Shown here: positions 10,098 through 17,278 of the stretch, piece by piece
How the letters are laid out: every line of letters starts with the position of its first letter
Numbering within the stretch: the first letter of the stretch is position 1
Made by a program: the position numbers and the translations under genes
Notes under the pieces: model-generated
The model's database searches: none
Told to the model about the DNA's origin: nothing
What the model saw: only the letters and a program-made list of their open reading frames with translations
From: Thermodesulfobacteriota bacterium
GTDB taxonomy: Bacteria > Desulfobacterota > Binatia > Bin18
Assembly (NCBI GenBank): GCA_964291405.2
Contig: OZ219926.1
Location: 4,736,001 to 4,800,000, forward strand
Direction: 5' to 3'
Length of the DNA: 64,000 nucleotides

Positions 10098-10388
10098 ACG
10101 GTCCGCAGCCGTCCGGGCGCGCCGCGCCTGCGCCAACTCGTAGCTCGCCTGCATCCGCATCCAGTGATCGGCGGTGCCCCAGCCGATGTCCTCCAGCGCC
10201 AGCGCCATGTTCGCCGACACGCCCGCCTTGCCGTTCAGCAGGCGCGACAGCGTGCCGCGCTCGCAGCCCAGACGTGCCGCCGTCTCGGTCACGTTCCAGC
10301 CCACCTCGTCCATGCTCTCGCGGATCAGTTCGCCCAGGTGCGGTGGGTTCAGCATCGGTCCAACGCGCTTGCTTGCAATGTCGTTCAT
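10083..10388 (-). CDS. higA: HigA family (XRE-HTH) antitoxin
   Basis: NPPHLGELIRE...VTETAARLG..RGTLSRLLNGKAGVS..MAL...WMRMQASYEL; the last codons derive from the junction with the PIN remnant. Confidence 0.88.
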   Translation of the reverse strand: MNDIASKRVGPMLNPPHLGELIRESMDEVGWNVTETAARLGCERGTLSRLLNGKAGVSANMALALEDIGWGTADHWMRMQASYELAQARRARTAADRRMFC

Positions 10389-10407
10389 GGTCAGCACTCC
10401 CCTTCGG

Positions 10408-10602
10408 TCAGTGATAGTCGATCAGGTCCACGTCCACGGCCTCGCCGTCCTTGAAGCGGAACACCACGCGCCAGTTGCCCGAGACGCGGACGCTCCACTG
10501 GCCCGCGCGGTCGCCCTTCAGGGGATGCAGCCGGAAGCCCAGCGCCTCGGCGCTTCGCGGCTGCGTCGCCTCTTGCAGCCGGAACAGGATGCGCTTCAGC
10601 CA
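10408..10602 (-). pseudogene. higB: HigB (RelE-family) toxin lacking its N-terminus
   Basis: Manual translation LKRILFRLQEA...GFRLHPLKGDRAGQWSVRVSGNWRVVFRFKDGEAVDVDLIDYH*; in-frame TGA at 10603-10605 upstream and no in-frame ATG. Confidence 0.85.
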
Positions 10603-10616
10603 TCACACCGGGTGCC

Positions 10617-13600
10617 TCACCCCGCGCCCGCCTGCTCGGAGGCAAGCCCGAACACCGTATCGGTCAGCCAGCGCTTGAAGCTCTGGTTGTCCATGAACTG
10701 CTTGAACAGCTCGGTGTCGTCCTTCATCACCGAGGTCATCACCCGCAACAGCGCCTTGTCGTGCTCGATACGAGCGTTCTCCCGGTCCGAGTTCTGCTGG
10801 GCGTTCTTGAAGGCCGTATCCTCGGCCACCCTGGCCGGAATGGTCTCGGTAATGAGCTGCCGCACGCGGTCGGCGTCGTCCCAGTCGATGTCGCCGAAGA
10901 GATGGTTAAAGGCCCGCAGGATATTCGACAGCCGGTCCAGCTCCGGCTCAGGTAAGTGACCGCCGCCGGTGGTCGGCACCGGCTCGACCTCGGCGTCCTC
11001 GTCGGGCAGCATGATCTGCTGCATGGCCCGCTTCTCGGCCCGGTAGCTGTCCATGTCGATGGCGTCGAGAATCCCTTTGGACAGGTCCTCCTCCTGAGGA
11101 GATGGCAGCTTGGAGACCAGGAAATTCAGAAAGATCGAGCGCTTCTCCCAGGCCGGGTTGGTATAGGGCAGGATCGAGGACAGGAAGGCATAGGTGCGGA
11201 CGAAGCCCTTGGCCTTGCCCTTGAAGTCCACCTGTCCGTCTTCGTCCAGATCGCGCCGATAGACCGCCACGCATTGATCGAGAATGGGGTCGAGCTGGTC
11301 GCGCTCGGCTCCGCCCAGGTAGCGCGACACAAACTCGTCGATCTGCTCCGGAGAATAGACCTGAGCACCGTCGAGGTCAGCCTGGAGGTCGTGCAGCTTG
11401 TTGGGGTCGGTCTCGTCGGCCAGAACCGTCGCCCGATAGAAGCTGGCAAAGGAATCGCGGATGATCTCGGTCTTGTTCAGAAAATCCAGCACGAAGACAT
11501 CGTGCTTCTTGGGGTGCGCCCGGTTGAGGCGCGACAGGGTCTGCACCGCCTTGACGCCCGCGAGCGTCTTGTCCACATACATCGTGTGCAGCAGGGGCTC
11601 GTCATAGCCGGTCTGGAACTTGTCCGCGCAGACCAGGAACCGGTAGGGGTCTTCCTGTATCCTCTCGGCGATCTTGCCGGACGGAAAGCCGTTGAGCGAC
11701 GCCTCGCTGACCTTGGCTCCGTTGAACTCGGGCTCGCCGGAAAAGGCCACGATGGCCTGGTAGCGGCTCTTGCCTTCCTTCAGATAGTCGCGGATGGCGT
11801 GAAAATACTGGATGGCGCGCTCAATGCCGTTGGTGACGACCATGGCCCGCGCCGCGCCGCCGATCTTGTTCTGGGCCAGGACCTGCTCGTGAAAATGATC
11901 GACCATGATCTCGGCCTTGAGGCGGATGGCGTGGTCGTGGCCCTCGACAAAGCGCCGCAGCTTTTGCTGGGCCTTCTTCGTATCGAACTGCGGGTCGTCT
12001 TCCACGGTCTTGGCCAGCTTGTAATAGCTGTTCACCGGCGTGTAGTGGGTCAGCACGTCCAGGATAAAGCCCTCCTGGATGGCCTGCTTCATGGTGTAGG
12101 TGTGGAAGGCGTGATGCTTGACCGTGCCGTCAGCCTGGGGGGCCGGGTGGCCGAAGATTTCCAGGGTCTTGTTCTTGGGCGTGGCCGTAAACGCAAAGTA
12201 GCTGGCGTTGGGGAGCAGCTTGCGCGACTCCATGAGGCGGTTGATCTGGTCCTCGTAGGTCTCGTCCTCGCCCTCCGCACCGGCCTGGGACAGCGCCTGG
12301 CCCATAGCCGCGCTGGTGCGGCCACCCTGGCTGGAGTGGGCCTCGTCGATGATGATGGCGAAGCGCCGCCCGCGCTGTTCGTCGCCGATCTCGTCGAGGA
12401 TGAAGGGGAACTTCTGCACGGTCGAGATGATGATCTTCTTGCCGGACTCGATAAAGCGGCGCAGGTCGCCCGACCGCTCGGCATGTCCGAGGGTCGCGCC
12501 GACCTGGGCGTACTGTTTGATGGTGTCGCGAATCTGCTTGTCGAGAATGCGCCGGTCGGTGACCACGATGATCGAATCGAAGACCGGAGCGTCGTCCTTG
12601 GCCAGTCCGATCAGTTGATGGGCCAGCCAGGCAATGGAGTTGCTCTTGCCGCTGCCCGCCGAGTGCTGGATTAAATAGCGCCGGCCCACTCCGCGCGTCC
12701 CGGCGTCTTCGAGCAGCCGGCGCACGACGTCGAGCTGGTGGTAGCGCGGCCAGACCTGGGTCTTCTTCTTCCGGCCCGTCTTCTCGTCTTTTGATTCCAC
12801 TACTTGGGCATAATTTTCCAGGATGTTGGTCAGGCTCTGGCGGGTCAGCACTGCGCGCCACAGATAGTCGGCCTTGAGTCCGTTGGGGTTGGGCGGGTTA
12901 CCCGCGCCGTCGTTCCAGCCCCGGTTGAAGGGCAGGAACCACGAGGATTTGCCCTGGAGGTGGGTACAGAAGCGCACTTCGCTCTCGTCCACGGCAAAGT
13001 GGGCCACGCAGCGGCCGAACGCGAACAGCTTCTCGCGCGGGTTGCGGTCCTGCTTGTACTGCCAGACCGCGTCGTCCACGGTCTGCTTGGTCAGGCTGTT
13101 CTTGAGCTCGAAGGTGAAGACCGGCAGGCCGTTGATGAACAGCCCGAGGTCCAGTGCCCGCTGGGTCTCGTCGCGACTGTAGCGCAACTGGCGGGTGACG
13201 GTGAAGCGGTTCTGCGCGAAGCGTTCCCGGGCCTTCTCATTTCCTGGTGAAGGCGTGCCGTAGAACAGGTCCAGGTGGTGCGGCCCGTGGTCGATGCCGT
13301 GGCGCAGCACGTCGATAGTGCCGCGCTTGGCAATCTCGCCCTGGAGTCGGGCCAGGAATCTGCGCCGCGTCGGACCGTCCTCGGACAGCCCCAGCGATGC
13401 CGCGGCCTTGGGTTGGGTCGTGCGCAGAAAGGCCGAGAGCTGGACCAGATCGACGCAGTATTCGCGGTCGTAGTCGTGGAAGTTGCCGCCGCTCCAGCCC
13501 ACGCCGCCGTAGCCGGCGGGTGGTTCGGCCACCGTACCCGTCGCGGGCGGCTCGCAGGGATGGCCGGCCAGCGTGGTGCAGATCAGGCGTTCGAGGCCGC

Positions 13601-13625
13601 GTTCGGAGGTGTCGGTGGTGGCCAT
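10617..13625 (-). CDS. hsdR: Type I restriction enzyme R subunit
   Basis: DLGLFINGLPVFTFELKN nuclease motif, HSAGSGKS, DEAH, FTATP, QTGYDEP, QTLSRLNR. Confidence 0.95.
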   Translation of the reverse strand: MATTDTSERGLERLICTTLAGHPCEPPATGTVAEPPAGYGGVGWSGGNFHDYDREYCVDLVQLSAFLRTTQPKAAASLGLSEDGPTRRRFLARLQGEIAKRGTIDVLRHGIDHGPHHLDLFYGTPSPGNEKARERFAQNRFTVTRQLRYSRDETQRALDLGLFINGLPVFTFELKNSLTKQTVDDAVWQYKQDRNPREKLFAFGRCVAHFAVDESEVRFCTHLQGKSSWFLPFNRGWNDGAGNPPNPNGLKADYLWRAVLTRQSLTNILENYAQVVESKDEKTGRKKKTQVWPRYHQLDVVRRLLEDAGTRGVGRRYLIQHSAGSGKSNSIAWLAHQLIGLAKDDAPVFDSIIVVTDRRILDKQIRDTIKQYAQVGATLGHAERSGDLRRFIESGKKIIISTVQKFPFILDEIGDEQRGRRFAIIIDEAHSSQGGRTSAAMGQALSQAGAEGEDETYEDQINRLMESRKLLPNASYFAFTATPKNKTLEIFGHPAPQADGTVKHHAFHTYTMKQAIQEGFILDVLTHYTPVNSYYKLAKTVEDDPQFDTKKAQQKLRRFVEGHDHAIRLKAEIMVDHFHEQVLAQNKIGGAARAMVVTNGIERAIQYFHAIRDYLKEGKSRYQAIVAFSGEPEFNGAKVSEASLNGFPSGKIAERIQEDPYRFLVCADKFQTGYDEPLLHTMYVDKTLAGVKAVQTLSRLNRAHPKKHDVFVLDFLNKTEIIRDSFASFYRATVLADETDPNKLHDLQADLDGAQVYSPEQIDEFVSRYLGGAERDQLDPILDQCVAVYRRDLDEDGQVDFKGKAKGFVRTYAFLSSILPYTNPAWEKRSIFLNFLVSKLPSPQEEDLSKGILDAIDMDSYRAEKRAMQQIMLPDEDAEVEPVPTTGGGHLPEPELDRLSNILRAFNHLFGDIDWDDADRVRQLITETIPARVAEDTAFKNAQQNSDRENARIEHDKALLRVMTSVMKDDTELFKQFMDNQSFKRWLTDTVFGLASEQAGAG

Positions 13626-13655
13626 TTCATCCTCTTGCACGCGAACTTTTGATCC

Positions 13656-14333
13656 CTATGTAAGCGTCTCTAACCTTTCAAGCCATTCCCTGAAGTGTTC
13701 GCATTTCGACCGCAGAGTCGGTAAGCCAATCTTCTCGGTTACAATGGGACCGGCGGACCGCTTCCTTTTTTCATATTCTGGGATTTTATCGATAATTCGT
13801 TTTGACGGGGCGGTTTTGTCTCCATCATTGACCAGTTCCGGTGAACCAAATGTGGATACCAATTCGACAAGCTGCTGTACTCCAGTGCTACGGTCGGGAA
13901 ACTGCGAGTCGAGTTTCTGAGGATCGGACAACAATAACGCCTCGAATTCGTGGAGTTGTAAATAGGGGATGAAGCGCGGATCGGCGATGTCTCCGTTCAG
14001 CGCGTCCTCTAAAGTTCTGATGCGTTGGTAGGGGTCGGATATTTGTGCAGCGTCTTTAGAGCCAGGAAAATCTGTTGGGAGATGGTATAGGTCAAACATG
14101 GTTGTGAAACGTGCGTCCGAGTTCTGGTCCTCCATTATCCAGGCTTTGATGTCGTTCTTCGCTTGTGCGTATCTCATGATACCCCCGCGATATTTGGTGC
14201 CATGCTTACGACTCGTCATGACACGCCGAGCCTTCGTCCAGATGGATAACTGGGCCAGATGCGGGCGGAGAACTCGGTTCACGAAAGTCTCTTCGGTCTG
14301 TCCCTCAACGATGAAATGCAACCTGACACCCAT
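13656..14333 (-). CDS. DUF4276-like (TOPRIM-fold) protein
   Basis: IVEGQTE, TMFDLY, HEFEALL, PELVN, PSKRI, C.HF..W; start overlaps the ATPase stop (TAATG). Confidence 0.8.
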   Translation of the reverse strand: MGVRLHFIVEGQTEETFVNRVLRPHLAQLSIWTKARRVMTSRKHGTKYRGGIMRYAQAKNDIKAWIMEDQNSDARFTTMFDLYHLPTDFPGSKDAAQISDPYQRIRTLEDALNGDIADPRFIPYLQLHEFEALLLSDPQKLDSQFPDRSTGVQQLVELVSTFGSPELVNDGDKTAPSKRIIDKIPEYEKRKRSAGPIVTEKIGLPTLRSKCEHFREWLERLETLT

Positions 14334-15442
14334 TATGGACGCCCGCCGATTACATTCTTTTCCCACAACTCGGAAAGGGAATAGTCTTCGAGCCATCCTC
14401 CCAGAGCCTCAGCGTCTAGCTGTCTAAAGGTAGAGCTACGACCTTCGCGTTCGACAACAACGATGTCCGTCGGCTCAAAGCAATCAACGAGCGCCATGGA
14501 TTGCGTAGCGACGATGACCTGTATTCTGTCCGATACAGCGCGTATCAAACCGCCCACGATGTTAATGGCGTAGGGATGCAGTCCAAGTTCAGGTTCATCG
14601 AGAACCAAAACGTCCGGCAAGTCCTGCTCGGGTTGAAGGAGAAGGGTAACGAGGGCGATAACTCGCAACATGCCATCCGACGCTTGCGACACACTGAACA
14701 CTTGATCGCTGTTTCGTTCGCGCCAGTTCAAAAGAAGACTCTCGTAGTGTGGTTCTAACTCAAAATCAGAGAAGAACGGCAGGATGAGACGGATGGTATC
14801 TATTATTCGCTGATAATATTTGCCGTCGTGTTCCTTCAGGCGAAAAAGAACGGACGCGATGTTGGCAGCATCTTCCTTCAGAAACCGATTGTCATTCAGA
14901 TGCCACTTGCTGCGCATACGGGCGGTGTCCGAGGTGTTGTGGAACTGATATATAACGATTCTTCGTAGGATGTCTCGAATGACGCGAGCGGTCGTATCCC
15001 CGCCGATCGCGTCGGCTAGAAGCCGAGGAGCGCGATGCCCAGCGCCCGTTTCTTGCCAAGGCGCAACACCGATGTAGCTCTTGCGAGAGAACCGGTATCG
15101 TTCATCAGCAAAGATAAACGCATCTCCCGCCGCCCAAACTAACCGGAACGCATACTGATTCTCGCCGGCATCGGTTCGGATCGTGAGTTGGGCTTCTATC
15201 TCACGGGTCTTGGCTGGGCCGTCGTGTAAAAATGTGCTGGCTCCTCCTTGTTGACTCACATGAAACTGAAGATTTTCCGTTTCTGCCAGTGCCCAACTCA
15301 TCATGCGAAAGAAGGAGATAAAGTTGGACTTGCCAGCGCCGTTGGGACCGATGAGCGCCGTTAAGGGACGAGGCTGAAAATTCTCTAGCGACTGAATGGT
15401 TTTGAACCCCTTGAGAGTTATCGTATCAAGTCTGTTTCTCAT
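14333..15442 (-). CDS. ABC/AAA_21-type ATPase
   Basis: GFKTI, Walker A GPNGAGKS, signature ASDG, Walker B LDEPELGLHP, ATQS, LSELWEKN. Confidence 0.9.
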   Translation of the reverse strand: MRNRLDTITLKGFKTIQSLENFQPRPLTALIGPNGAGKSNFISFFRMMSWALAETENLQFHVSQQGGASTFLHDGPAKTREIEAQLTIRTDAGENQYAFRLVWAAGDAFIFADERYRFSRKSYIGVAPWQETGAGHRAPRLLADAIGGDTTARVIRDILRRIVIYQFHNTSDTARMRSKWHLNDNRFLKEDAANIASVLFRLKEHDGKYYQRIIDTIRLILPFFSDFELEPHYESLLLNWRERNSDQVFSVSQASDGMLRVIALVTLLLQPEQDLPDVLVLDEPELGLHPYAINIVGGLIRAVSDRIQVIVATQSMALVDCFEPTDIVVVEREGRSSTFRQLDAEALGGWLEDYSLSELWEKNVIGGRP

Positions 15443-15561
15443 AATATGGTACCTTTCCGATAACACAGGCTAGACCTAACCAGTCTCACATAGTGACGCG
15501 GGGCTGTCAGTGCTGTGCAGATGAGACGTTCGAGGTCGCGCGCAGAGGCGTCGGTGGGCAT
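15439..15561 (-). pseudogene. Diverged duplicate of the hsdR 5' end (40-aa ORF)
   Basis: MPTDASARDLERLICTALT vs HsdR MATTDTSERGLERLICTTLA; its TGA overlaps the ATPase ATG. Confidence 0.7.
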
Positions 15562-15594
15562 TAGGCTAGTTCGTATCGACAAAGCGCACGGCAC

Positions 15595-15786
15595 TCACCC
15601 GCGTTTGGGGTGCTCGTCTTCGGCGGCAGCCGCTGCCTGCGCTTCAGCCCTAGCTCTGTCCCGGTCGTATAGTTCCTCGCGGGACAGGTTGTCGGCCATG
15701 CGCAATCCGCCGCCGTTGGCTATGATCTTCTCAATGACCTCGCGCGACCTCCTATAACGGCGTTCGGCTTCCGTTTCTCCACTCAT
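15595..15786 (-). CDS. Small orphan antitoxin-like protein
   Basis: C-terminal LSREELYDR resembles VapB-type tails; no adjacent toxin. Confidence 0.45.
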   Translation of the reverse strand: MSGETEAERRYRRSREVIEKIIANGGGLRMADNLSREELYDRDRARAEAQAAAAAEDEHPKRG

Positions 15787-15879
15787 GGACACAGCCTCAT
15801 AATTTCTGGGTAGTACAGCATAAGGTCTCATTGACTAATGGGCAACACTCACGGTGTCGTGTAGGGGCAGCCGGATTCG

Positions 15880-15907
15880 GTAGGGGCGACCGGCCGGTCG
15901 CCCCTAC
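15880..15907. repeat. Perfect 28-bp REP palindrome GTAGGGGCGACCGGCCGGTCGCCCCTAC; supplies the hsdS stop codon
   Basis: Read directly; identical copies at 16676 and 17230. Confidence 0.95.
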
Positions 15908-16662
15908 ACAGCAGCGGTGTCGAGGGGATCGTCCAGGGGGTCTTCGGCAGCGAGTGAATCGACCTCGGGCAGCGCGGCCGCGGCCTCGCGTACGTCGAGC
16001 TTGCCGGTGACGATATCGGCGATCAGGCGGGTGCGGTATTCGTGGAGGAGGTCGATCTGGCGATGGGTACGAGAAACCGCACGGTCAGCCTGCTCCAATA
16101 CAGCATCAAGAAAGCTCACCAACGACTCTTGCTCTACCGCAGGAGGAAACGGAAAGCGGTGCGCCCGAAGTTTGTCGCCTGTCAAGTGGGCAATAGTACT
16201 GAGGTGTCCATCGTTGAAAGCATTGCCTTTCACCGCAGCACGAAGGGCATAGTGCATGAAGCGTGGGACATCCAGATCGGCATTTCGCGGGCGGAGACGG
16301 TGCAGTGCCTTCTGAAACCCGCACTTGGCTAGTTCACCTGACCACAGCGCACATCGACCCACCTCTCCTCCCTCGCAGACGAGCAAGTCGCCTTGTTGAA
16401 CGGTATAACGCTCATATTCATCCGGCAGAATGTCCATAGTGGGAAGGTCTTTGATGTTGATCTGATCCCATTGAACATCAACATTCCGCAGATACGGAAG
16501 CGAGTGGTTGCCGGTGATCCGCTTAGAGTCGAGCATCTTACCAAGGCACTGCGAATATCTATGGTGCAGAGCGGCGACCTCCCAATGCGCCGGCACCTCT
16601 CCCAGCCACGGAACGCCGGAGTCCTTATAGGCGGGATAGGGTTTCAGTTCGGCGGCCATCAT
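15904..16662 (-). CDS. hsdS: Type I R-M specificity subunit, half-size (single TRD)
   Basis: LKPYPAYKDSGVPWLGEVPAHW, one TRD, PP..EQ, EYRTRLIADIVTGKLDVR; ~250 aa. Alternative GTG start at 16671. Confidence 0.9.
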   Translation of the reverse strand: MMAAELKPYPAYKDSGVPWLGEVPAHWEVAALHHRYSQCLGKMLDSKRITGNHSLPYLRNVDVQWDQINIKDLPTMDILPDEYERYTVQQGDLLVCEGGEVGRCALWSGELAKCGFQKALHRLRPRNADLDVPRFMHYALRAAVKGNAFNDGHLSTIAHLTGDKLRAHRFPFPPAVEQESLVSFLDAVLEQADRAVSRTHRQIDLLHEYRTRLIADIVTGKLDVREAAAALPEVDSLAAEDPLDDPLDTAAV

Positions 16663-16675
16663 CAGATTCACCGAT

Positions 16676-16703
16676 GTAGGGGCGACCGGCCGGTCGCCCC
16701 TAC
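16676..16703. repeat. 28-bp REP palindrome at the RAYT 3' end / hsdS 5' boundary
   Basis: Identical to the 15880 copy. Confidence 0.95.
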
Positions 16704-16942
16704 ATCGTCCCTAACGGCAGGATTCTCTGGGTCTTCCGACCACCTGGCCGGGTTATCCGCAATGTATTGCCGAATCCGATTCAACGCGGCTTCATTCCGG
16801 ACAACGTGTTCGTAGTAATTGCGCTGCCAGACCGATGCGCCGGGTGTGCCACGCATTGTGTTGATGCGTTTCGACACAGCGGATTTATATGAACCGACGA
16901 TGGCACCAATAGAACGTTTCGGCGGACCGGCACCGGTGCGTT

Positions 16943-16970
16943 GTAGGGGCGACGCATGCGTCGCCCCTAC
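16943..16970. repeat. Variant 28-bp REP palindrome GTAGGGGCGACGCATGCGTCGCCCCTAC inside RAYT
   Basis: Perfect palindrome with a different core; translated as VGATHASPL. Confidence 0.92.
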
Positions 16971-17229
16971 GTGTGGACCTGCGATAACGAGAACGCCATG
17001 CACATGATTAGGCATCACGACCCAGGCGTCTCTTTCCACATGGGGAAAATGGGTGGGGATTTCCTCCCACACCCTACGCGCCACCCTCCCCATATCGTTC
17101 AACTGCATCTCTCCGTTCAAGATTTCGCCGAATAGACAGGCTCGGTTTCGGGTACATATGGTCACGAAATACGCCCCTTGCTGGGTATAATCGAATCGGG
17201 GAAGACGGAGAGACCGGCGCCGGTGCGTT

Positions 17230-17257
17230 GTAGGGGCGACCGGCCGGTCGCCCCTAC
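17230..17257. repeat. 28-bp REP palindrome at the RAYT 5' end
   Basis: Identical to the 15880 copy; translated as RRGDRPVAPT. Confidence 0.95.
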
Positions 17258-17278
17258 GGAGGACGTCATCACGCATGT

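Noticed and set aside
10002-10454. 150-aa full-length PIN toxin suggested by the ORF track
   Set aside because: Only ~32 codons are PIN-like; the rest is antisense higA.
10956-12674. 572-aa plus-strand ORF, and similar long antisense ORFs over hsdM, lpdA and lon
   Set aside because: Typical high-GC shadow ORFs with no recognisable motifs.
15880-17257. 28-bp repeats as a CRISPR array
   Set aside because: Irregular spacing of hundreds of bp, fully palindromic, GTAG-REP form, no cas genes.
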